A program made the position numbers and the translations under genes. Source: Bacillota bacterium (GTDB lineage Bacteria; Bacillota; Sulfobacillia; Fermentithermobacillales; Fermentithermobacillaceae). Taken from it: 64,000 nt of DNA. This document shows, one piece after another, positions 55,557 to 64,000 of the stretch. Where the stretch lies: contig JBBDIP010000044.1 of NCBI GenBank assembly GCA_040880305.1, positions 15,914-79,913 on the forward strand, in the 5' to 3' direction. The number at the start of each line of letters is the position of its first letter. Within the stretch, counting starts at the first letter, position 1. Under the pieces are notes generated by a model. It had not been told where the DNA came from and made no database searches. It saw nothing but the letters and a program-made list of their open reading frames with translations.

Positions 55557-56435
55557 GTGGGGTTATTGGAGGCGCGCATACTATCGGTCCACTCGGCTTT
55601 TTGCGAGGCGGCATCCGGGGCTAAGACTGTAAGGTGTTCCTTCCGGGGGAGACTTAGGCGCGAAAAAACCGAAGTCTACGCGGGAGATCTGGTGGAGCTC
55701 CAGGAAAAGGGCAAAGACCTGGCTATCGAGCGCGTCATGGAGAGGAAAAACCTCATGATCCGGCCGGCCGTTGCCAACGTCGATCAAGCTGTGATCGTGG
55801 TCACCATCACTCAGCCGCCTCTTGACCTCAAATATGTCGACCGCCTCCTGGTGCACCTGGAATCCCAGGACATCGAGGCGGTTGTGTGCGTCAACAAGGT
55901 CGACATTGAAGACAGGGCGAGGGTGGCTTGGGTGCAGGCCATCTACGAGCGCGCGGGATATCCATCGGTGGTGACCTCGGCGGTGACCGGCGAAGGGCTC
56001 TCTTCGCTGGTCTCGGCAATGCAGGGCAAGGCAGTGGTCCTCGCGGGCGCGAGCGGCGTGGGCAAGTCCAAACTGATCTCAGCGTTGCTTACGATGGATC
56101 TGCAGACAGCCACTTTGTCTCGCATTTCACGCGGGAGGCACACAACCAAAGGAGTCACCCTGTACCGGGTGGGCGAGTCGGGCTACCTCGTCGATACGCC
56201 CGGGTTCTCAAAACTGGACGTCATCGAATGTGAACCGGAGGACCTTGGCTACTATTACCGAGAGATGACCAACCTCGTGCCGCTTTGCCACTACCCGCGG
56301 TGTCTTCACAAGACCGAGGAGCATTGCGAGGTGAGGAAGGCGGTGTCGGACGGCAGCATCGGGGAGGAGAGGTACAGAACATACCTTAGCCTTCTTGAGG
56401 AATGCCAGACGAAGGAGAGGCGCAAGTATGAGTGA
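55557..56435 (+). CDS. rsgA: Ribosome small-subunit-dependent GTPase A
   Basis: Circularly permuted GTPase: VNKVD (G4) precedes GASGVGKS (G1). The C-terminal zinc finger is CHYPRCLHKTEEHC. Confidence 0.9.
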   Translation: MGLLEARILSVHSAFCEAASGAKTVRCSFRGRLRREKTEVYAGDLVELQEKGKDLAIERVMERKNLMIRPAVANVDQAVIVVTITQPPLDLKYVDRLLVHLESQDIEAVVCVNKVDIEDRARVAWVQAIYERAGYPSVVTSAVTGEGLSSLVSAMQGKAVVLAGASGVGKSKLISALLTMDLQTATLSRISRGRHTTKGVTLYRVGESGYLVDTPGFSKLDVIECEPEDLGYYYREMTNLVPLCHYPRCLHKTEEHCEVRKAVSDGSIGEERYRTYLSLLEECQTKERRKYE

Positions 56436-57096
56436 AGCAAGGCCGTTGGTTATCTCCGCCTCGCTACTTTCCGCAGACCCTTCGAGGTTGCGTGAGGAAG
56501 CCGAATCGGTGTCACGTGCCGGAGCCGGCCTTCTCCACCTTGACGTCATGGACGGCCACTTCGTGCCGCCCCTAACGTATGGTCCCGCGGTGGCACAATC
56601 GCTCTGTGGAGTTGGCTCGCCGCTGGACGTGCACCTCATGGTCGAGTGCCTCGACTACGCCATACCTGCCTTTGCGCCCAGTTCGGCCTACATCACTGTC
56701 CACGTCGAAGCCACCCGCCACCTCCACCGCGCGCTCTTTGACATAAGGGAGCGGGGGTGTAAGGCAGGGGTAGCCATGAACCCTGGGACTTCGCCCGATT
56801 TCCTTCCGTACGTGCTAGACATGGTGGACATGGTGCTGGTTATGACCGTGAACCCCGGCTGGGGAGGCCAAGAGTGCATCCCCGGGATGGTCCAGAAGGT
56901 GGCGACGGTCAGGCAGCTGGCCGAGCGCCGCGGCGTGCCGTTGGACATCGAGGTAGACGGCGGAATCACCGGCGGCAACGCGTCCACGTTCATCGCGGCC
57001 GGCGCCAACATCCTGGTCTCGGGCAGCTACCTCTTCCGAGCTACGGATCGGGGCAAGGCTGTCTCGCTGCTCTTGGGCTCCACCAACCTCACGTAA
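56428..57096 (+). CDS. rpe: Ribulose-phosphate 3-epimerase
   Basis: ISASLLSAD...LHLDVMDGHFVPPLTYGP and MTVNPGWGGQ. An AAGGAGAGG RBS is present. The start overlaps the rsgA end. Confidence 0.9.
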   Translation: MSEARPLVISASLLSADPSRLREEAESVSRAGAGLLHLDVMDGHFVPPLTYGPAVAQSLCGVGSPLDVHLMVECLDYAIPAFAPSSAYITVHVEATRHLHRALFDIRERGCKAGVAMNPGTSPDFLPYVLDMVDMVLVMTVNPGWGGQECIPGMVQKVATVRQLAERRGVPLDIEVDGGITGGNASTFIAAGANILVSGSYLFRATDRGKAVSLLLGSTNLT

Positions 57097-57169
57097 GCAC
57101 CGGCTCCCGTCGCCGAATATACTGTATTCGTGTGAAGGGAGTTTTTGTTCATAACGGGCGGGGATTGCC

Positions 57170-57337
57170 GTGAGGATGCGGTCTCAGAAAGTTTCCCAGC
57201 GTATCATCGTTTCGACTGCCATGGCAGTGGCAGGGGGGATCATTTTGATCGTCTCCCTGCCTTCGTGGCTCCTGTTCTCGTTCTTAGGGGCGGGACTCGT
57301 GGCGGGAGCCTACGTGGTCTATCTCAAAGGCCTTTAA
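57170..57337 (+). CDS. Small two-helix membrane protein (~55 aa), not in the ORF track
   Basis: Hand translation gives VRMRSQKVSQRIIVSTAMAVAGGIILIVSLPSWLLFSFLGAGLVAGAYVVYLKGL*. The start is GTG/ATG, about 75 nt after rpe. Confidence 0.3.
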   Translation: MRMRSQKVSQRIIVSTAMAVAGGIILIVSLPSWLLFSFLGAGLVAGAYVVYLKGL

Positions 57338-57461
57338 GCACTGGAGGGACCTAAGAAGATGAAGGTACGGGTGCTCCGAGTCCCCAAGTTCCTGTCGGGA
57401 GTGGTTAGGGCGGTCTTATCGGTCTTCGGGTACCGCTCCTAGCAAGCAAAGGCTACCCAAC

Positions 57462-57516
57462 CAAAACAAGACACCTCTCGCGGGGGACTGCTTCCCGACG
57501 AGAGGTGCCCTTTTGG
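57462..57516. terminator. Bidirectional Rho-independent terminator between convergent rpe-side and rpmB transcripts
   Basis: CACCTCTCG-n17-CGAGAGGTG, flanked by T/A tracts on both strands (on the minus strand it is followed by TCTTGTTTTGG). Confidence 0.55.
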
Positions 57517-57524
57517 CTTGATCG

Positions 57525-57716
57525 CTACCTTGTGACGCGGCGGACCCTGCCGGTCCGAAGGCACTGGGTGCAGGCGTAGATGTGGCGAGGAACGCCGTCT
57601 ACCAGGGCACGTACTCTTTGGATATTAGGAGACCAGGTCCTTTTGGTCTTTATGTTAGAGTGGCTGACGCTGTGACCGACCGATTTGGCTTTGCCGCAAA
57701 CTTCGCACCTGGGCAC
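57525..57716 (-). CDS. rpmB: 50S ribosomal protein L28
   Basis: MPRCEVCGKAKSVGHSVSHSNIKTKRTWSPNIQRV... is the L28 family sequence. The size of 63 aa fits. Confidence 0.9.
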   Translation of the reverse strand: MPRCEVCGKAKSVGHSVSHSNIKTKRTWSPNIQRVRALVDGVPRHIYACTQCLRTGRVRRVTR

Positions 57717-57866
57717 GTAGGTAACCTCCTCACTCCGTATGACTCGCCTATTCTAGCATAAGAGAATAGGGAGGAAAAGGAGAGATTCGTCTCGAAGTAG
57801 CAAGAACCCCAGCAGGGGGGGCGGATCCTGCTAACCCTTTGGGTATTGAGGAAAGAAGGAACTTTA

Positions 57867-58247
57867 GTGCCGCAACTTACGGGTAAGGAGAGCGAGACTG
57901 GCCTGGGCAGGCTGGTCCTCTCCGAAGAAGCTATCGCCACCATCGCTGGCGCTGCGGCAACCGAATGCTACGGCGTGGTAGGCATGGCGGGCAGAAAGAT
58001 GACCGATGGGATTTCAGAACTCCTGGGCAAAGAGAACCTGTCGCGAGGCGTCTCGGTCTCCATCGAAGGCGAGGACGTGTACGTTGACCTGGTCATCGTT
58101 GTAGGCTACGGCGTTAGGATAAGCGAGGTTGCTCGGATGGTTGTGGACAAGGTCAGGTACACGCTCGAGAATGCTACGGGCCTCAAGGTAAGGAAAGTGA
58201 CGGTCAACGTTCAAGGAGTAAGGGTACAAGGGAGTTCGGGGAGCTAA
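57867..58247 (+). CDS. Asp23/Gls24-family alkaline shock protein (YloU-like)
   Basis: GRLVLSEEAIATIAGAAATECYGVVGM. The GTG start has a GAAGGAA RBS. The track ORF starts 21 nt upstream at 57846. Confidence 0.85.
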   Translation: MPQLTGKESETGLGRLVLSEEAIATIAGAAATECYGVVGMAGRKMTDGISELLGKENLSRGVSVSIEGEDVYVDLVIVVGYGVRISEVARMVVDKVRYTLENATGLKVRKVTVNVQGVRVQGSSGS

Positions 58248-58249
58248 AA

Positions 58250-59962
58250 ATGGCATACCGGGTGCTGGACGGATCTACATTTAGAGACATTATCCTTTCA
58301 TCTCAGAAGTACCTGAACGCGCGCAAGAAGGAAGTTGACTTGCTAAACGTCTTCCCGGTCCCCGACGGGGACACCGGGACCAACATGTCACTCACGTTGT
58401 CGTCCGCCGCCGAGTACCTTGCGGGCAAAGAGGATCTGCCCCTGCATCAGGCGGCTGAGATGGCCAGCCATGGCGCTCTCATGGGTGCCAGGGGCAACTC
58501 GGGGGTAATACTCTCTCAGATATTTAGGGGGATATCCAAGCACTTCTCGGGCAAAGACACCGCTCCCGCAAAGGAGTTTGCATCTGCGCTTGATGAGGCG
58601 GTGTCCACGGCCTACAAGGCGGTCATGAAGCCTGTTGAGGGCACCATCCTGACGGTCCTGCGCGCCATGCGCGACGGGGCTGCGGCCGTGGCAACCGATG
58701 ACGCAACCCTGATTGAGGTATTGGAGGCGGGGCTGCAGTGGGGCAAGGAGGCGCTTTCCAGGACTCCCGAGATGCTGCCTGTCCTGAAGCAGGCCGGGGT
58801 GGTGGACGCCGGCGGAAAAGGCCTGGTGTACATGATCGAGGGGGCGCTGGAAGCTCTGACCGGAGAAAGACCCGCAACGACGACAGTTGAGGCTACTTCC
58901 AAAGACGAGGGACGACTAAAGTCCTCTTCCGTCAGGGTTGAGGAGCTGGAGACGGCGGACTGGAGGTTTCCTTACGACACGCAGCTCTTGGTTTCGGGCG
59001 AGAACATTTCTTTGAACGGGTTGCGTTCCGCCCTATCGCCGTATGGGGACTCTCTCCTGGTAGTGGGCTCAGAGACTCTCGCCAGGGTGCACGTCCACAC
59101 AGACCGGCCGGGCGTCGTCCTGTCGGTGTGCATGGAGTACGGCTCGCTGTCGCAGGTGACCGTGGACAACATGATCGAGCAAAGCCGTCAGGCTTCTGAG
59201 TCCTATCTTCTCTCGTCAAACGTGGTCGGGGGCGAGGTATCCTCTCGGTCGCCGGTGGTTCCGCTGTCCTTTCAGGCGGGCAGTGTAGCGACCCCTTTGG
59301 TCAAGGAGACCGGGATCGTGGGGGTCGCCACTGGAGACGGCATGAAGGAGATCATGACCAGCTTGGGCTGCGACCTGGTTCTCGACGGCGGCTCTACAAT
59401 GAACCCTTCCACAGCTGAGCTTGCCGAGGCGGTCAAGAACGTGCGCGCCAAGAAGATCATATTCCTGCCCAACAACGGCAATATCTTTCTGGCCGCCAAG
59501 CAGGCCAAGAAACTTGTGGGCCGCAACATGTACATCATTCCATCCAAGACTATCCCGCAAGGGATTTCCGCCCTGCTCTCCCTGAACCTCTCAGAGGATA
59601 TGAGCCACAATTTGAAGCGGGCAGCCAAAGCCATTAAGCGCGTCAAGACGGGTGAAGTCACGTTCGCCGCGCGCAACGGGCGCTTCGGCAGACACACCAT
59701 GAAGCAGGGAGACATCCTCGGGCTCATCGACGGCAAAGTCGAGGCCGTAGGAGGCGATCCCGCGTCGGTCCTCCTGGGCATCGTGAAGCGTATAGTCAGG
59801 CCAGACGATGAGATCTTGACCATATACTGCGGCCAGGACGTCAGCGCGGAGTCCGGCCAAACCGCTTTGGAGGCGACGAAACTGGTGGTAGGCGATAAAG
59901 TGGAGGTCGAGGTCCATCAGGGAGGCCAGCCACTCTACTACTTCATCGTCTCGGTGGAATGA
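58250..59962 (+). CDS. DAK2-domain protein (YloV-like, fatty-acid-kinase-related)
   Basis: The N-terminus MAYRVLDGSTFRDIILSSQKYLNARKKEVDLLNVFPVPDGDTGTNM is the DAK2 signature. It has the conserved partner position after asp23. Confidence 0.85.
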   Translation: MAYRVLDGSTFRDIILSSQKYLNARKKEVDLLNVFPVPDGDTGTNMSLTLSSAAEYLAGKEDLPLHQAAEMASHGALMGARGNSGVILSQIFRGISKHFSGKDTAPAKEFASALDEAVSTAYKAVMKPVEGTILTVLRAMRDGAAAVATDDATLIEVLEAGLQWGKEALSRTPEMLPVLKQAGVVDAGGKGLVYMIEGALEALTGERPATTTVEATSKDEGRLKSSSVRVEELETADWRFPYDTQLLVSGENISLNGLRSALSPYGDSLLVVGSETLARVHVHTDRPGVVLSVCMEYGSLSQVTVDNMIEQSRQASESYLLSSNVVGGEVSSRSPVVPLSFQAGSVATPLVKETGIVGVATGDGMKEIMTSLGCDLVLDGGSTMNPSTAELAEAVKNVRAKKIIFLPNNGNIFLAAKQAKKLVGRNMYIIPSKTIPQGISALLSLNLSEDMSHNLKRAAKAIKRVKTGEVTFAARNGRFGRHTMKQGDILGLIDGKVEAVGGDPASVLLGIVKRIVRPDDEILTIYCGQDVSAESGQTALEATKLVVGDKVEVEVHQGGQPLYYFIVSVE

Positions 59963-62040
59963 GGCGGGAAGCCGGCGCGACCCTCCAGGACTCGGCCCGG
60001 TACATTAAGGGAGTGGGGCTCAAGAAGGCGGAGCTCCTGCGGGAACTGGGCGTCCACACTGCCTGGGACCTTCTCAATCACTTTCCCTTTCGCATAGACG
60101 ACTTCTCCCGGTTTATGGCAATAGACTTGGTGCGGCCGGGGGACGACGTCACGGTCCAGGGCCGGGTTATGTCGTCCTCCATCGTTGGAAGCCAAAGGGG
60201 GCAGGCGCTTCGCGTCGTCATCTCGGACGGCCGTGGAGTCCTGAAATTGGTCTGGTACAACATGCCCTACATGTACCGCAACTTCGCGCCGGGAGGGCAC
60301 CTCTTGGCCTCGGGGACTGCCGAGTGGCGCCGAGGCGGCCTCGAAATGGCCCACCCGGTGTGGCAGGTTTTGCTGCCCCAGGGTCGTGAGGGAGAGGTCC
60401 GCGGCCCGGTGATCCCCGTGTACCACAGCACCGCGGGACTTACATCCCAGTCTATCAGCAAGATCATCAAAGAGGCCCTCCCCAAGTACCTGCCGCTCAT
60501 CCGCCCGTCGCTACCGGAAGAGATGCTCCAAAAGCACAACTGCGCCGGCGAGGGACAAGCCTACAAGGACATTCACGACCCCCCCTCAGCGGAAGCTTGG
60601 CACGCGGCCCGGCGGGCGATGGCTTTCCGCGAAATGTTGTACCTCCAGATCGCTCTGCTATCCATGCGCGATGAGGCGCTAAAGGCGCCAGGTCCGCCCG
60701 CTTTCACGGACCTCGGCTTGCCGGAGACGTTCCGCCTCTCGCTGCCTTTCTCTTTGACCTCAGCTCAGGAGAAGGCAGTGGCTGACGTCCGTTCGGACCT
60801 GCGCGGGGGACGCGCGATGAACCGTTTGCTCCAGGGGGACGTAGGCAGCGGCAAGACAGTGGTGGCGGTGTACGCTCTTTTGGCCGGCGTCGCCAACGGG
60901 TTTCAGGGCGCCTTCCTGGCTCCAACCGAGATCCTTGCGGAACAGCACCGGGAGACGTTCCGAAATCTATGCCAAAACATGGTCCGCGTGGGGTTTCTAT
61001 CCGGATCGACCGGCGCCGCCGAGAAGCGGCGCATATTGGATGATCTGGCGTCCGGCGGCATAGACGTCCTAATCGGCACTCACGCCATTTTGGAGGCCGA
61101 CGTCCAATGGAGACGCCTCGGAGTGGTAGTTACCGACGAGCAGCACAGGTTCGGCGTTAAGCAGCGTCTCGCCCTGACCGGATGCGCCGGCGTCACGCCC
61201 CACGTCCTGGTCATGAGCGCTACTCCTATTCCGAGGTCACTGGCGCTGACTCTCTACGGCGACCTCGACGTCTCCGTCATCGATGTGATGCCCCCGGGGC
61301 GCATCCCGGCGAGGACCTTAGTGCTTGATGGTCGCGGGCGGCAAACAGCGTACCGGAAGGTGCGAGAGGAAGTGGCGGCCGGGAGGCAGGCCTATGTCGT
61401 CTGCCCTCTCATTAGGGAGGGTGTGACCGGGCGAAAGGCGGCCGAGATTGTCAGGAAGGAACTGCAGGAAGGTTACCTCCGTGGGATCGCGGTGGGCTTG
61501 ATTCACGGCGACCTGCCCCGCAAGGAGGTGCTCGCCAGCATGGAGGCTTTTTCGCGCCAGGAGATACAGGTCCTTGTCAGCACGACTGTCATCGAAGTCG
61601 GCATTGACGTTCCGAACGCCAGCGTTATGGTGATTGAAGATGCCGACTCGTTCGGACTTGCCACCCTTCATCAATTGCGAGGCCGCATTGGTCGTGGAAA
61701 AGACCAGTCCTACTGCTATTTGATTGCCTCGGAGGGGACAGAGTCCGGGAAGGAAAGGCTCAAAGTCATGGAGGCTCTTTCTGACGGGTTCGCTATCGCC
61801 GAGGCCGACCTCGAGCAGCGGGGACCGGGCCAGTTCTTCGGTACTCAACAGCACGGGCTGCCCGAAGTCAGAGTCTCGGATCTGCAACTGACGCTTCAGG
61901 TGGTGTCTTCAGCCCGCGAGGAAGCCAAGTCAGTTCTGGCGGAGGTGTCATCGCCTGACCCGGACCCGGCACTCATAAACCTGGTTTCTTTGGTCAAAGC
62001 TCGGTTTGGCGACTTATTCTCGCACGGGCGTTCAAGATAG
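59959..62040 (+). CDS. recG: ATP-dependent DNA helicase RecG
   Basis: N-terminal wedge domain, Walker A GDVGSGKT and DEQHRFG. The start overlaps the yloV stop. Confidence 0.9.
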   Translation: MRREAGATLQDSARYIKGVGLKKAELLRELGVHTAWDLLNHFPFRIDDFSRFMAIDLVRPGDDVTVQGRVMSSSIVGSQRGQALRVVISDGRGVLKLVWYNMPYMYRNFAPGGHLLASGTAEWRRGGLEMAHPVWQVLLPQGREGEVRGPVIPVYHSTAGLTSQSISKIIKEALPKYLPLIRPSLPEEMLQKHNCAGEGQAYKDIHDPPSAEAWHAARRAMAFREMLYLQIALLSMRDEALKAPGPPAFTDLGLPETFRLSLPFSLTSAQEKAVADVRSDLRGGRAMNRLLQGDVGSGKTVVAVYALLAGVANGFQGAFLAPTEILAEQHRETFRNLCQNMVRVGFLSGSTGAAEKRRILDDLASGGIDVLIGTHAILEADVQWRRLGVVVTDEQHRFGVKQRLALTGCAGVTPHVLVMSATPIPRSLALTLYGDLDVSVIDVMPPGRIPARTLVLDGRGRQTAYRKVREEVAAGRQAYVVCPLIREGVTGRKAAEIVRKELQEGYLRGIAVGLIHGDLPRKEVLASMEAFSRQEIQVLVSTTVIEVGIDVPNASVMVIEDADSFGLATLHQLRGRIGRGKDQSYCYLIASEGTESGKERLKVMEALSDGFAIAEADLEQRGPGQFFGTQQHGLPEVRVSDLQLTLQVVSSAREEAKSVLAEVSSPDPDPALINLVSLVKARFGDLFSHGRSR

Positions 62041-62102
62041 TGATTTTTGATTTTCAATAATTTTACAAGGGCTCATTGACATAACGCGACCACAAAGTCC
62101 CA

Positions 62103-62131
62103 GCATACGGCCACCTACTGTGAACATAATA
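62103..62131 (+). promoter_or_regulatory. Forespore sigmaG/sigmaF-type promoter candidate for the SASP gene
   Basis: GCATA (matches -35 G[ACT]AT[AG]), a 17-nt spacer, then CATAATA (matches -10 CATnnTA). It is embedded in an AT-rich island, with AGGAGG 9 nt before the ATG. Confidence 0.45.
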
Positions 62132-62163
62132 ACGTCAGAAGTCACGAACAGGAGGTGAGTTTA

Positions 62164-62403
62164 ATGGGACAGGGGCAGCGTAGCAACACTGCGGTAGTGC
62201 CTCAGGCTCGTCCGGCTCTCGACCAGTTCAGGAACGAGATCGCGAACGAGATGGGCGTCCAGCCCCCGGGGGGCTATTGGGGCGACATCCCCTCCCGGAC
62301 CTGCGGGGCGGTCGGTGGCCACATGGTCAGGCGGATGATCGAACTAGCCGAGCAGAGCCTCGGTGGCAAGTTCAGCACCGGATCTGGGAGCCAGAAGCTC
62401 TAG
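62164..62403 (+). CDS. Alpha/beta-type small acid-soluble spore protein
   Basis: ALDQFRNEIANEMGV and GAVGGHMVRRMIELAEQSLGG match the two conserved alpha/beta SASP blocks, and the germination-protease cleavage-site region is present. The protein is 79 aa. Confidence 0.85.
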   Translation: MGQGQRSNTAVVPQARPALDQFRNEIANEMGVQPPGGYWGDIPSRTCGAVGGHMVRRMIELAEQSLGGKFSTGSGSQKL

Positions 62404-62419
62404 GCGCATAGGTTGAACA

Positions 62420-62447
62420 GGGGGCGGCTGCGGCCGCCCCTTTTTGA
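62420..62447 (+). terminator. Rho-independent terminator after the SASP gene
   Basis: GGGGGCGGCTGCGGCCGCCCC followed by TTTTTGA. Confidence 0.6.
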
Positions 62448-62500
62448 TCGCAAGAGGTGATCTGCGGCCCGGCACCGAATGCCTACCCTGAGGTGGGCAT

Positions 62501-63424
62501 ATGCCGCTTGAGTACGTTGATCTCACTCTGCGGGACCTCCCGTCCCTGGATAGAGACAAGACCGTTTTCTTCATGTCAGTGAGCCCGATCGAGGTCCACG
62601 GTCCTCACCTGCCGCTCGGCACAGACGTGATGGTGGCCGAGGAAGTGAGGAAGAGGGTGCAGAATGAGCTTGGCCAGAGCCGGCCGGATCTGACTTTGGT
62701 CAACATGCCGCCCCTCTACTGTGGGTCCGACGCCTTGCCGGTCCTTGGATCGATCTCAGTTCAGGCAGGCGGGCTGTCGTCGGTCCTTTACGACTACGCG
62801 AGGGCGCTTTCGCGCCAGGGCTTCAAGTATCTCGTGATCCTCGACAACCACGGTGGTCCCAGACATCATATGGGTATCGACGCGGCTGCGCGCAGGGCCT
62901 GGAGTAAACACCGTTTTCACCTTATCGACCCGTTCATTGAGACCTACAAACGCATGATTAGACACGACCCGGCGCTTTTGTCGATGACAGGTCTTAAGGA
63001 CGGCGCTTGCGGAGACGATGCTGACAACCATGCAGGCACCAACGAGACCTCCTTGATGCTTGCCATTTATGGCGAGGGGCGGGAGATCCCGGGACTCGAC
63101 CAGATCCCCGCGTCGCTGCCTTCCCAGCTCCGGGGCGTGCCCCGGTTGGTCGATTCCGTGGGCGCCGCTCTACATTCACTTGGGGCGACGCACGCCGGGA
63201 CGGACCTTAAGCACCTGGCACAGGTATTGGCGTGGACCGGCAAGAAGGGATTCCTGCCCTACATGGGCGCTCCGTCTGCCGCTACGCGCGAGGCCGGAGA
63301 GGCGATGTTCCGCGCGCACGTGAAGATCACCATCTACCTTTTGGAGCGCGCGCTGGCGGGGGAGTCAGGGCTCCCCACGCCAGTGCTGTCATCGCTCTCT
63401 TTCTTAAGGCGATTGCCGGAGTAG
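62501..63424 (+). CDS. Creatininase-family amidohydrolase
   Basis: VSPIEVHGPHLPLGTDVMVAEE and DNHGGP fit creatinine-amidohydrolase-family metal-binding motifs. Confidence 0.75.
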   Translation: MPLEYVDLTLRDLPSLDRDKTVFFMSVSPIEVHGPHLPLGTDVMVAEEVRKRVQNELGQSRPDLTLVNMPPLYCGSDALPVLGSISVQAGGLSSVLYDYARALSRQGFKYLVILDNHGGPRHHMGIDAAARRAWSKHRFHLIDPFIETYKRMIRHDPALLSMTGLKDGACGDDADNHAGTNETSLMLAIYGEGREIPGLDQIPASLPSQLRGVPRLVDSVGAALHSLGATHAGTDLKHLAQVLAWTGKKGFLPYMGAPSAATREAGEAMFRAHVKITIYLLERALAGESGLPTPVLSSLSFLRRLPE

Positions 63425-63427
63425 CGA

Positions 63428-64000
63428 TTACTGCAGGTAATCCAGCATTTCGTCTTCGCTTATGGCCGGCTGGGTGGCTCTGTTGATGGCGCCGGCGAGA
63501 AGTTTCGACATCTCAAGGATCTGCACGTCTATGTCTTTGTTGGTGACCATGAGGTCCTTGATGTCCTCTCCCAGGAAGTCCTGGACTGAGTCCAAAGTCG
63601 CTCTTCCGTGGGGGTTAAATCGGTGGAAGTAGGCGTCCAGCACGTCGCTGGCGATTGAGGCGCCTGACACCACGGTGGGCACGCCGAGTGCGATGACCGG
63701 TATGCCGAGGGTCTCATGATTGATCCCCGGTCGCTTGTTGCCGACGCCGGAACCGGGCTGGATGCCGGTATCCGCTATCTGGATGGTGGTGAGAAGACGG
63801 CTAGGCGAGCGGGCAGCCAGAGCGTCGACTGTGATGACCAGCTCCGGGCGTATCTCTCGCACCAGGCCCTTTACGATGTCGATGGTCTCCATGCCCGTGA
63901 TTCCCAGTACGCCGGGTGAAATCGCGGCCACGGGGTTGAGTCGTCCGCCCAGTTCCTGGGGCAGGTACTCCCTGATATGCCGGGTCACCATCAGTTGAGA
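63428..64000 (-). CDS. gpr: Germination protease (spore endopeptidase GPR), C-terminal part; the 5' end lies beyond the window
   Basis: GIPVIALGVPTVV and a GPR-like C-terminus. The gene runs off the window end on the minus strand. Confidence 0.75.
   Translation of the reverse strand, partial: SQLMVTRHIREYLPQELGGRLNPVAAISPGVLGITGMETIDIVKGLVREIRPELVITVDALAARSPSRLLTTIQIADTGIQPGSGVGNKRPGINHETLGIPVIALGVPTVVSGASIASDVLDAYFHRFNPHGRATLDSVQDFLGEDIKDLMVTNKDIDVQILEMSKLLAGAINRATQPAISEDEMLDYLQ

Overview
This 64-kb window is high-GC (roughly 65%) bacterial chromosome, almost fully coding, with no rRNA, tRNA, CRISPR array or transposase evident. The gene content indicates a spore-forming, Firmicutes-type organism with an unusually GC-rich genome. 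An alpha/beta-type small acid-soluble spore protein (SASP) gene sits behind a sigmaG-like promoter, next to the gene for the germination protease that degrades SASPs. The block mihF-remA-gmk-rpoZ-priA-def/fmt-rsmB-rlmN-PP2C phosphatase-PASTA Ser/Thr kinase-rsgA-rpe ... rpmB-asp23-yloV-recG follows the conserved Bacillus 'ylo' region order. The first ~44 kb is accessory-like. It contains an M20 hydrolase fragment, a DUF255 thioredoxin protein, a polyprenyl synthase and ogt. It also holds a 5-gene operon of unrecognised membrane proteins plus a cytoplasmic M14 carboxypeptidase homologue behind a 600-bp leader, two tandem amidohydrolases, and a frameshifted class-III aminotransferase. Further along are a processive family-2 glycosyltransferase, a Na/Pi cotransporter, an ArsR regulator with a His-rich P1B metal ATPase, a Ca-type P-type ATPase, a two-gene flavin/Fe-S oxidoreductase pair, and dispersed alpha-glucan genes (GDE, GT4, GH57+DUF4912, GH15, CBM). 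It also contains an ABC exporter, uppP, an L,D-transpeptidase, and a radical-SAM/SPASM gene divergent from a polyferredoxin - tungsten-type aldehyde:ferredoxin oxidoreductase - MoaD operon. The findings below cover these points. The membrane-module/M14 operon is two tandem copies of a two-gene membrane module plus M14 behind the structured leader. A 6-copy array of 52-53 bp hairpin repeats lies in a convergent intergenic region. def and fmt are fused in frame. PriA has degenerate ATPase motifs. The polyferredoxin and the aminotransferase are each split by a frameshift. An actinobacterial-type IHF gene sits beside remA. All coordinates not taken from the ORF track carry +/-2 nt uncertainty because they were counted by hand.
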